From Gemmatimonadota bacterium (GTDB lineage Bacteria > Latescibacterota > UBA2968 > UBA8231): a stretch of DNA of 58,947 nt. The notes beneath the pieces were generated by a model. The model saw only the letters and a list, made by a program, of their open reading frames with translations. It was not told where the DNA came from and made no database searches. Below are positions 38,274-46,898 of the stretch, piece after piece. The stretch is from assembly GCA_038128265.1 (NCBI GenBank), contig JAYPJE010000022.1, positions 1 to 58,947 on the forward strand, in the 5' to 3' direction. The position numbers and the translations under genes were made by a program. Position 1 is the first letter of the stretch. Each line of letters starts with the position of its first letter.

Positions 38274-41200
38274 CGCACTAGCACCATGCGTTTCGAAAGG
38301 ACCTGATGGTCGCTCTCAATCCGATAGATATAAACGCCGCTAGCGGCGGATCGCCCGCTGGCATCGCGCCCGTCCCAGCGCATGGAATATTGTCCCGCCC
38401 CTAGCACCCCATCCCAGATGCGCGCTACGCGCTGTCCGAGCACGTCAAAAACCTCCAGCCTAACGCGTCCCGGTGCAGGCACGGCAAAGGCAATGGTCGT
38501 CTCCGGATTAAAGGGATTCGGCGCATTTTGCTCTAATCGAAGCGCCTGCGGCAGGCGGGTCAGCCTCCCTTCCTCATGCCCGATGACCGACATGGCGAGG
38601 TCGGCGCGATCGACAAATACATCGGCGCGCAGCTGTGGCTGGTCGGGATTGTCAATCCGCGCACGCAGTGTCCACTCTGCAATCCGGCCATCGGAACCCA
38701 CCAGCGCGCCCAAACGGCCGATCAACACCTGGCCCCACAGCTTGCCATAAGGGCGATCTGTTAAGGCAGCAAGCGCGGGCGACTCATCGGCTCCCCGCAC
38801 GGCAACCCACTCCCATTGGCTCGGATCGTAGTGAAGCTGGAGGGCGAACGCGCGCGCGCCTTCGGCACCGCGGGCACGCACGGCCCAGGTACTTTCCTCG
38901 CCGGCGCGCACGGGACCAGCACCTTGCGCATACTCGATATGCACGGGCTGCGCATCCGGAACAATTTTGTATACTGGCTGCGCCCCGCGCCGCATAAAGT
39001 TGGCTCCCACCAGGGATAAGTCGCCGATGTCAACGCGTCCATCGCCCGTTATATCGGCCTGCGCGCTGCCGTCGCCTTGTACTACCTCTGCACCGAAAAA
39101 GGCGGCTACGTAATCCCAGTCAGCCAGTGTCACTTCGTTGTCGGCTATGCCGACGCCATTTTCTCCAACAAACCCCGTCACATCGCCGCCAAGCAGACGC
39201 GGCACCTCCTGCGTTCCCACGCTGGCGGGTATGACATCTTCCAATACCAACCCCGAATAGAGCGTCAGATCAGCCGCAATGCCTTCTATGTATCCGTCGA
39301 CGTGAACGTGTAGATCCCAACGGCCCGTCGGCACTTCGGACAGCTCAAAGCTGCCGTCAGCTGCAATGTCCACCTGCACGCCGCCCGCATCGACATCGAC
39401 GTCGTTTGTCTCGGCAAAGAGCACATCGCCATAAGGGCGATAATCGCCGCGAGTGCGCAAAGTAACCGTGGCCTGTGACGTCATATCGGTGCGCCCTTCT
39501 AACTGCAGCACCCCGCGCAGCACGGCACGCCCGGCCACGAGTTCTCCCTGCGACAGCGGCGCGGCGACTAGTTCGACAACCGCCAGACCGTCGCGCTGCA
39601 GGCGCGATAGATCGCCCCCCTCGCCCTCAACGGCCAACTCGATGGCCGTCGGCCCCTCCAACCCCAAGCTGCGCAGTTGAAACGTCGCCAGCGTCCTATC
39701 GGAACCGAGACCGGCAATAGCGCCCGCCGTTGGCTCAAAGTATTCGAGCGTAAGAATCTGTGGACCACCCTCCTCGCCGCTGAGGCGATTGCTAACGAGC
39801 TTGGCCGCCGAAAAGCCGCTGCTGACGACAAAGGGCTGAATGCCTTCTTCGACCTCGTCCTGATCGACGACGGCGAAGCCGCCACCGTCCACGACAAAGC
39901 TAGCTTGTACCAAGTCGACCTCTTCGCCGGCATCAACGCGGACTTCAAAAACCTGTAGCGCGCCCCCATTGCCCATGCTAAAGCGCTCGGGCAGCAGGCG
40001 GATAGGTGCGGTTGGTATCGGCTCCTCGCCCAGCCCTTGCACCTGTATGACCCCTGGTGCACGCCAGCACTGGGCGTCGGCAAAGCTATTGCCGTCGGCA
40101 ATGGCTAAATAGAGCGTATATTCGCCGTCTTCCAGCCCTGCATCGGTCGAAATACCGCGCGCGAGATGATCCACGCCAAAATCATAATGATCCGTGGGCG
40201 AATCCTCGCTCAGGTCGAATAGCGCATCGACGCCTATATCCGCCCGACCATCGGCCGAATTGACGACGTAGCTGCGGACAGCGCTGACTTCACCATAGAG
40301 CGGATGCGGTCCGATATCTTCCCCGCTGAGCAACACGCGGATGCGCGCGTCGTCGTCGAGATCCACATCTTCCCACGTGGTGCGCACCTGTAGACCCGGG
40401 CTAACGACGACGGGGGCAACCGGCTGCACCGGCAGAATGGAGGGCGGGTGTAGAAAGACCATCTGCGACGCGGCGTCGTTTAGATGCCCGCCGTTCATCT
40501 GTGCCAATCGGCGATTTTCGCCGTCGCTAATCATACCGTAGGCGTAGTAGACAATTTCCTCTTGCGGCAGCGAGGCGCCTTCTCCACTCAGCGCCCACAG
40601 ATCCCACGCATACTGGTTGTCGGTGCGACCATCGGGATCTTCGGGTATATCGCCGAATATGAGCTCGGCCCTTCCCTCGTTCAGCGCTGCCAGCATCTGA
40701 CTAGCCCCTCCGGGCACGGAGAAACCACCCTCCCCCAGCTGTGTTTCTGCAGGCGCGCTGCTGTAGTAGAGATCGATGCGCGCATCGTCGTCGATATCTT
40801 CGTCGCCGTCGATGCCGCTGCGGTCCCAGCTGAAGGTGATGTAGCGCTGTGGATGCAAACCGCCGGTGCGAATCGTATCGATGCCGGTATGGGCGCGATC
40901 GTTGAGCGGATCGAGGCGCAAAAAGGGCGAATGGCGCACGCGCACGCTGCCCGCACTGCGCTGCATCGTCGTACTCGTCCCATCGCTGGACACGGCGTAG
41001 ATGTAATAATCGCCCTCGGGCACCGCGCCCTCGGCGAGGATATCCCAGGTAAAGGCCCCTGCCGGCCCCGGTAGGGCACCGGGCGTGAGCGCCGTCACAT
41101 TCGCCAACACCGCACCAACTCCATCGACCGATAGGCTGCTGCTGTCCAGCGCTTCTTCCACGCTGTAATAGAGAAAAACATCCGGCGCATCGTCTAGGTC

Positions 41201-42274
41201 TATTAGCTCATACTCCAGCACAACCTGCCGAACACCCTCACCCGTAGCCCTACCCGCTGCGTCATACAATCCGCCAGAGTCCAGCGTGATGTCTTGCTGT
41301 GGATCGAGCGCGGTGAACTGCGGCGCGTGCATCACGCTGATACCGCGACTGCGGGCGAGGGGAATGGATCCCGTCTGCGCCGCCGTGACATACAAGTAGT
41401 GCACACCAGGTGGCAAACGGCTGATATCGAGACGCAGCAAACGCATCGCGCCTTCGCGCTCGATATAGGGGTCGCCGCTGGCGATGGTCGCCTCGACGGC
41501 CGCGTCCTCGTCGACGCGCGTTAAATTGCCAATCGTGGAGAAGAAAAAGCGGTATTCGACGTCGTTGGTATCGTCTCCGTCGCCCAGTTCCAGCGCATCA
41601 CCCGACGAACTCGTCCCCCCATCAAACACCAGATCGGGCAGATTGTCGATCAGCACGTGCTCGACGTCGGGAAAAAACTGTCCGATGGGGGCAGCCGACG
41701 TATCGGTCTGCGCGCCGAGAACGGGCGCGTAGCGCACGACCTGCATCGATCCTAGCGCCGAAAAATCTTCCTGCGTCACATAGCTCAGCTGGGGCCCTTC
41801 GGGTAAATCCACTTCCGCCTCATCGGCAAAGTCGATGCGCCCATAGCGCGCGCTCAATTCGACCGGTGCCACGGGACTGCTACAGGCAAATTGCACGTAG
41901 ATGCGCCCCCCCGCTGCAGCCATCTGTGCGCTGCCGATTGCGATGCGTTGGGCGGAGGTAGTCCCCGCGACAAATAGAGCGGGCTGCTCGTCGCCCACAG
42001 CGTCGTAGACCACCCGCACTTCGTCGTCATACGCCCCATCGCCATCGTCGTCTACCAGACTCATCCCCTCGGGCAGTTCGACCGTTAGCAGTTGGTCACT
42101 GGCCTGATCATCGGCAGCCAGCGTCACTTCGATCTGCTGCCAGTAGCGGTCGTCTCCCAGACCGGCGACCGGCACCAGACTCAGCTCGCTGGGCACAATT
42201 TGCGCCGTTTGCGCCCGCGCGGTCTCGAGCCCCCAGCAACTAGCGAGGAGAAATATGACTGTTCGAATTATCAT
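38270..42274 (-). CDS. Large acidic secreted scaffold-like protein: unknown N-terminal region, cohesin-like, beta-sandwich, dockerin, second cohesin-like, FlgD-Ig/T9SS-like tail (paralog of 46899-50951)
   Basis: Signal peptide from ATG 42274 (TTG 42358 is an alternative); VVDQDEVEEGIQPF; dockerin GDVTG..DNEVTLADW / ADITGDGRVDIGDL; AFALQLHYDP; NAPNPFNPETTI...MVLVR. Confidence 0.82.
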   Translation of the reverse strand: MIIRTVIFLLASCWGLETARAQTAQIVPSELSLVPVAGLGDDRYWQQIEVTLAADDQASDQLLTVELPEGMSLVDDDGDGAYDDEVRVVYDAVGDEQPALFVAGTTSAQRIAIGSAQMAAAGGRIYVQFACSSPVAPVELSARYGRIDFADEAEVDLPEGPQLSYVTQEDFSALGSMQVVRYAPVLGAQTDTSAAPIGQFFPDVEHVLIDNLPDLVFDGGTSSSGDALELGDGDDTNDVEYRFFFSTIGNLTRVDEDAAVEATIASGDPYIEREGAMRLLRLDISRLPPGVHYLYVTAAQTGSIPLARSRGISVMHAPQFTALDPQQDITLDSGGLYDAAGRATGEGVRQVVLEYELIDLDDAPDVFLYYSVEEALDSSSLSVDGVGAVLANVTALTPGALPGPAGAFTWDILAEGAVPEGDYYIYAVSSDGTSTTMQRSAGSVRVRHSPFLRLDPLNDRAHTGIDTIRTGGLHPQRYITFSWDRSGIDGDEDIDDDARIDLYYSSAPAETQLGEGGFSVPGGASQMLAALNEGRAELIFGDIPEDPDGRTDNQYAWDLWALSGEGASLPQEEIVYYAYGMISDGENRRLAQMNGGHLNDAASQMVFLHPPSILPVQPVAPVVVSPGLQVRTTWEDVDLDDDARIRVLLSGEDIGPHPLYGEVSAVRSYVVNSADGRADIGVDALFDLSEDSPTDHYDFGVDHLARGISTDAGLEDGEYTLYLAIADGNSFADAQCWRAPGVIQVQGLGEEPIPTAPIRLLPERFSMGNGGALQVFEVRVDAGEEVDLVQASFVVDGGGFAVVDQDEVEEGIQPFVVSSGFSAAKLVSNRLSGEEGGPQILTLEYFEPTAGAIAGLGSDRTLATFQLRSLGLEGPTAIELAVEGEGGDLSRLQRDGLAVVELVAAPLSQGELVAGRAVLRGVLQLEGRTDMTSQATVTLRTRGDYRPYGDVLFAETNDVDVDAGGVQVDIAADGSFELSEVPTGRWDLHVHVDGYIEGIAADLTLYSGLVLEDVIPASVGTQEVPRLLGGDVTGFVGENGVGIADNEVTLADWDYVAAFFGAEVVQGDGSAQADITGDGRVDIGDLSLVGANFMRRGAQPVYKIVPDAQPVHIEYAQGAGPVRAGEESTWAVRARGAEGARAFALQLHYDPSQWEWVAVRGADESPALAALTDRPYGKLWGQVLIGRLGALVGSDGRIAEWTLRARIDNPDQPQLRADVFVDRADLAMSVIGHEEGRLTRLPQALRLEQNAPNPFNPETTIAFAVPAPGRVRLEVFDVLGQRVARIWDGVLGAGQYSMRWDGRDASGRSAASGVYIYRIESDHQVLSKRMVLVR

Positions 42275-42455
42275 AGTATTTGCCGCACCCGGCTCGGCAC
42301 AAAGTGCTCGATCGACAGAGAAGTTTTTTCCCCGCACCAATACCCCTTGGCGGGACAATGCCCTCCTGCATAACGCAATATGTAGGGTTTTACGAACATC
42401 TATGCCCCCACGGGTCGGTTTGCATTCAACTTCTCATACAAGACACTCCATAGTT

Positions 42456-42472
42456 AGCAAACCCCGTTCCAA
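42456..42472 (-). promoter_or_regulatory. Putative sigma-54 (-24/-12) promoter
   Basis: Minus strand TTGGAACGGGGTTTGCT, i.e. GG-N10-GC with one mismatch to TGGCAC-N5-TTGC, just downstream of a terminator and upstream of the 42274 gene. Confidence 0.6.
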
Positions 42473-42500
42473 CCCGTGCTTCCGGTGGCATATAGAGCGT

Positions 42501-42541
42501 AAAAAAGCCGTCGTGCCGCCCATGGGCAGCCCATCGACGGC
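42501..42541 (-). terminator. Rho-independent terminator after the 42601-46887 gene
   Basis: Minus strand GCCGTCG...CGACGGC stem followed directly by TTTTTT. Confidence 0.75.
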
Positions 42542-42600
42542 CACACTTCTTGCGCCCGCAGCGCCCTCTCGTATCCCTGCGTCCGTCGTTGACCTCCCGC

Positions 42601-45600
42601 TTATCGCAGCAACATAACGGGCACAACCCGGCGCAGCCCAGCGGCATTTACAGCGATTAAATAGGGCCCGCTGGCCACATCGCGCCCTCGGTCATCGCGC
42701 CCATCCCACTGCGCACTCCACGGTCCAACCCCGCGCTCTTCGGCCAAGACCTGGCGCACGACCCGCCCCAGCACGTCGAATACGGCCACCTCCAGCCATC
42801 CAGCTACCGGCATTTCCAATCGGATAGTTACCGCTGCGTTAAATGGATTGGGAAAGGCAATAGGGGCCAGTTGGGCAATATGTTCTGCCCACACGCCCCC
42901 AGTCCGCAGCCATCCAGGTCCATCTACGCGCGCGCGCAGCAGCCCGTTGCTGGCTACCGTCGGCAGCGACTGCCACGCAGCCCCCTGGTCGTATTCCAAT
43001 CCCGCATCGGCTTGTTCTGCAATCAGCGCGACCTCTAAGGGCTGCGCATTGGCGCATTCGATGCGGTAGGCATCTCCCTCGGCGTAGACCAAGACGTGTG
43101 CGGGTGCCCCTCCCGCCAGCACGCGCAGCTGCCCGTCAGCGCTGTGCACCACACGGCCGCTGCCGGCCCATCCGACGCTGATATCCCGCTGCACCGAAGC
43201 GATATTACCAGCGGCATCGCCTGCCAACAGCCGCACCCGCATCAGGGCCGGGCCGGGCGTCCTGTGCTCCCACACGACCCGACGCTCCGACCGTTCGAAA
43301 AGCGGCAACGGCTGCTCGTCGAGCAGGAGTAGAGCTGTAGCGAGCGTCTCATCGCCGTGCACCACCCAGCGCACGCGCCCCGTTCCATCGACCTGCGCGC
43401 TGAGTTCAACGGTGGGAGAAATCGTATCGCGCGGCTCAATATCAATGCGCAGCGAATCGCTCAAGCCCTGCGCATCGAGCACTGTGAGGACGACGTAAAA
43501 AGTCTCCACAACATCCTCCACAACCAGGTACTGTGCATCGAGATGTGCATGCCCACCAACGGCTACCATAGATACGCTGAGCTCGGCACGCGGACTGTCG
43601 CCCTCGATAATGCGCAGCGGCCATCGACCGCCCCTTCCACGCTCCACTTCGATACCGGCTGGCATATCGAAAACCGGTGGCCGCGGCGGTTCGACCGCCT
43701 CGGCGACCTCTTCAGCCGCCGGTTCAACCTCCTCGTTTTCCACCACCTCCACCGGCACGCGCACGGGCACATCGACGTACAGGCTGTTCCCCGAAGGCAG
43801 GTGCGCGGTCAACACAACCGCGTAGAGACCCGGTTCGGCCTCTACAAACAGCATACCGCCTTCGATGTATACTCCCGCGCCGACCGCTTCCCCACTCCAT
43901 TGGACACCACTGGAATCGCCGTCCAATAGGTGCGCGACATCGTAGCCTTCCGCCGTTGCCAGCACCTCACCGTCGGGCGCGTTCAGCGTCGGCGAGCGCG
44001 CTACCACCTGCACTCCGAGCGCCACCTCGCGGCGCTGATCATTCCATACGGCGACCAGCCAAAACACTTCGCGGCCTATGCGAGCCCCCTCTCCATTGAG
44101 CACGATCTGCCGCGCGCTATCGATGCGTGCCGAGACGAATGCGCCGCCTCGCAGCGACCACAGCACCTCGGCGGCATTGCCGCTAAGGACCAATTCGTCG
44201 AGCGGAGGCGTCGTCCACGTCGCCCCCTGTGCCAGGGCCACATCGCCCCACGCACCCAGCACAAAGTCTACCGGCTGACTGCCTTCCATTGCCTCGTCAG
44301 GATCTGCCGCAGCGGTCTCCGCTCCTTCGGCATCATGGGCTGCCCGCACTTCGACGCGCACAGCATCGGCCGCGCTAAAGCCCGCACCGTCTCGCGCGGT
44401 AAAAATCAGCGCACTGCGCCCGCTAAAACCCTCTTCCGCGCGCAAGCGAACGCCCCCTTCAACCCACTCGACCGCCAGGCCTTCCCCACCGGCCACGGAC
44501 CACGCAACATCGGCATCCACGTAGGCGCTCAGATCAATAAAGAGGGAATCGCCCCACACTAGCTCTACATCGGGAATATCACCCAGCGACCACGGCGCAG
44601 CGACCTCAACTACCAGCATCACGGTGCGCTGCTGGCCTTCCGCATCAACGGCACTAAAGACCAGTTGCACCGAACCATAAACGTCGGTATCGACCAGCAG
44701 CTCGGCCCAATGCCCGACCACATCAACCGCGACACCGGGTCCTCCGACAGCACTCCATACCAGTGCCTCGGGGTCTATTCCCTGCGCGTATGCGGACAAA
44801 TCGACTCTCCACGATGCCCCCGCCCTTAGCGCGATCGAATCCATCGGCAATATATCCCACTGAGCGCGCTCCCCGTCCTCTACTCGCTCCCCGCTGCCGT
44901 CGTCTACCGGTTGCTCTCGGCCCCCATTATCCGCTGCAGTGGTGTCTGCCGCCGCCCCCTCTTCCGGCATCTCAGCCGTCTCCCCTCCTATCGGCGCGGG
45001 TCCATCCGCTCCATCCGCTCCATCCGCTGCATCCGGCTCTGTCTCTTCTGTCTCCGTGCTCCCCGTCGATATCTCTTCCGCGCCGGAAGTCGCTTCGTCA
45101 GGCTCGGGCAGCTGCGCATTGTCCGCATCCCCTTCCACGGGGACCTCCCCCGCGCGGTCTCCGACAGGCTCTTCCGACTGGGTTGGTATCTGCGCGGTTG
45201 AATCCGACGCGGTCTGCTCTAAATCAGGAGGCCGATCTACCGTATCCTCATGCACAGCATCAATGCGAATTGTCCAGGCCGCCATGGCCTCGTTGCCCTG
45301 CGGGTCCCGCACCTGTACGTACAACGTGGCCACACCCAGTTCGGCTGCATAGAGCTCAACCACCGGCGGGACCTGCCCTTTCCAGTAGACATCGACGCCC
45401 TCGGCGCGCACGGTCCACACCAAGTCCTCCAGCGCAGAGTCGGCATCTTCGACGTATGCGCTCAGGTCTACGGTGGCGACCTGTCCCAAGGCGATTTGCA
45501 GGTCGGGCGACGCGGCTAGCTGCGGTCCTGCGCTGGGCACATATACGCGCACGGGCCAAACCGCCGACACCTGCGCCCCAACCGGGTCGACTACCCGTAG

Positions 45601-46887
45601 GACGATTTCTCCTTCGCCAACGGCCAGCGCCTCAACCAGCAGCACATCTCCCTCGCGGACTAGCTGCACATGCGCCGATGCGCTCGCTTCTACAACCAGC
45701 ACATCGAGCTCGTCGTCGACGTCCCGCACTATACTCGACAGCGGCAAGGGATGGCGTTGCCCCACTACCAGTTCGAGCGGCTCTACATCAGCCAGCACGG
45801 GCGGATCATTTTGGGCATGCACCAGCAGAATCCAGCGCTCTGTCTGGCATGTATTGTCCTCTGCACAAAAGCGCAGCTGGAATTCGGTCTGCCCCGACCA
45901 ATCGGGCATCGGCTCTATGACTAGCGTACCGTCTTCCACGCTCACCGCCGCACCGTCCTCGGACCATGCGACGGCGCTGCCGGCGGTGGCACCATCAAGC
46001 ATAAATTCGCTCAGAGCCATTCGGAGTGGGCCGCTGTCTTCTTCGGCTTCAATCACACCCCCTTCGCGCAAATAGACGGGCACCTCAACAAAGCGCACGG
46101 CGAATTGACCGGCATACCGACGACCGTCGTCCACATCGGCCCAGTAGCGCACAAAGCCCTCGGCCGCCGCCTCCGCTCTTATCAGCGACCCTTCGCGCTG
46201 CAGATTGATACCCTCATCGGCCGCGGCACCCCAAGCGACGACGGCTTCCAATGGCCCCAAGTAATAGGTCGCCAGATCGACGGTCCACGCTTGGCCCGCA
46301 GATACAACGCGATCCGGCACTGGCACAAACCCCTGGCCCACCACGTCAACCGTCAGTGTGCTCTGCCCAATGCGGAAGCGCTTTTCCACGCCCGGTTCCG
46401 CGCTCAGCGTATAGGTCGGCTGCCGGCGTCCCCCAGCGTCCAAAGCCACTTCGACTAGGCCATCGGACGGCCATCCGACCACGCGCATACGGGCGCTAGC
46501 CAATAGGAAACGACCGCTAGCCACGGCGCGGCTGCCGTCACCAGTGGCGCTGCTAACCGCCACGTAGCTCAGCTCACCCGTCAGCGGATCCCCCATATTT
46601 TCATAGACTGTAGCCGTCCACCCGGCGCCGCTAGTAAAGGGGCCGATGGATCCAGCTCCATTCGGCAGTTCGGGAAGCATCTGTAAGAGAGAAGGGTCGC
46701 AGCGCAGATAGGCGCTGGCCGAGGTCAATTCTAGGTCACCGGCATCGACGTAGACCCCTACGGTGAGCGTATCACCGGGAGCCAGGGGCCCTTCAGATAG
46801 GGCCTGTATGGAGAGGGTGGCTTCTTCAGCGGCAAGCGGCGTGGCCACTAGCGCCGTGCATGCCAACCATGTGCACAAGCGTAGCAC
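42601..46887 (-). CDS. Large secreted protein: N-terminal cohesin-like domain, Ig-like repeats, acidic low-complexity linker, FlgD-Ig/T9SS-like tail (paralog of 34188-38273)
   Basis: Likely GTG start at 46887 giving a signal peptide (VLRLCTWLACTALVATPLAA); VGVYVDAGDLELTSASAYLRCDP; DLSAYV.D repeats; AFPNPFN...WDGRDD...VMLLR. Confidence 0.8.
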   Translation of the reverse strand: MLRLCTWLACTALVATPLAAEEATLSIQALSEGPLAPGDTLTVGVYVDAGDLELTSASAYLRCDPSLLQMLPELPNGAGSIGPFTSGAGWTATVYENMGDPLTGELSYVAVSSATGDGSRAVASGRFLLASARMRVVGWPSDGLVEVALDAGGRRQPTYTLSAEPGVEKRFRIGQSTLTVDVVGQGFVPVPDRVVSAGQAWTVDLATYYLGPLEAVVAWGAAADEGINLQREGSLIRAEAAAEGFVRYWADVDDGRRYAGQFAVRFVEVPVYLREGGVIEAEEDSGPLRMALSEFMLDGATAGSAVAWSEDGAAVSVEDGTLVIEPMPDWSGQTEFQLRFCAEDNTCQTERWILLVHAQNDPPVLADVEPLELVVGQRHPLPLSSIVRDVDDELDVLVVEASASAHVQLVREGDVLLVEALAVGEGEIVLRVVDPVGAQVSAVWPVRVYVPSAGPQLAASPDLQIALGQVATVDLSAYVEDADSALEDLVWTVRAEGVDVYWKGQVPPVVELYAAELGVATLYVQVRDPQGNEAMAAWTIRIDAVHEDTVDRPPDLEQTASDSTAQIPTQSEEPVGDRAGEVPVEGDADNAQLPEPDEATSGAEEISTGSTETEETEPDAADGADGADGPAPIGGETAEMPEEGAAADTTAADNGGREQPVDDGSGERVEDGERAQWDILPMDSIALRAGASWRVDLSAYAQGIDPEALVWSAVGGPGVAVDVVGHWAELLVDTDVYGSVQLVFSAVDAEGQQRTVMLVVEVAAPWSLGDIPDVELVWGDSLFIDLSAYVDADVAWSVAGGEGLAVEWVEGGVRLRAEEGFSGRSALIFTARDGAGFSAADAVRVEVRAAHDAEGAETAAADPDEAMEGSQPVDFVLGAWGDVALAQGATWTTPPLDELVLSGNAAEVLWSLRGGAFVSARIDSARQIVLNGEGARIGREVFWLVAVWNDQRREVALGVQVVARSPTLNAPDGEVLATAEGYDVAHLLDGDSSGVQWSGEAVGAGVYIEGGMLFVEAEPGLYAVVLTAHLPSGNSLYVDVPVRVPVEVVENEEVEPAAEEVAEAVEPPRPPVFDMPAGIEVERGRGGRWPLRIIEGDSPRAELSVSMVAVGGHAHLDAQYLVVEDVVETFYVVLTVLDAQGLSDSLRIDIEPRDTISPTVELSAQVDGTGRVRWVVHGDETLATALLLLDEQPLPLFERSERRVVWEHRTPGPALMRVRLLAGDAAGNIASVQRDISVGWAGSGRVVHSADGQLRVLAGGAPAHVLVYAEGDAYRIECANAQPLEVALIAEQADAGLEYDQGAAWQSLPTVASNGLLRARVDGPGWLRTGGVWAEHIAQLAPIAFPNPFNAAVTIRLEMPVAGWLEVAVFDVLGRVVRQVLAEERGVGPWSAQWDGRDDRGRDVASGPYLIAVNAAGLRRVVPVMLLR
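45001..45036. repeat. 9-bp in-frame tandem repeat (TCCATCCGC x3 plus one degenerate copy) encoding ADG repeats
   Basis: tccatccgc tccatccgc tccatccgc tgcatccgg, inside the acidic linker. Confidence 0.7.
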
Positions 46888-46898
46888 GCAGTAGCGCC

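Noticed and set aside
42275..42450. c-di-GMP or other riboswitch in the long leader
   Set aside because: Only a GCAAACC fragment resembles the c-di-GMP-I motif; the GAAA tetraloop stem and second hairpin are not evident. An Rfam/Infernal search would be needed.
45001..45036. Phase-variation slippage tract
   Set aside because: The unit is 9 bp, so copy-number change keeps the reading frame.
44763..45920. 385-aa plus-strand ORF and similar long antisense ORFs (e.g. 48734-49477, 18196-18960, 1313-2011)
   Set aside because: They lie opposite well-supported genes, are Arg/Pro/Ala-rich or motif-free, and are expected shadow ORFs in GC-rich DNA.
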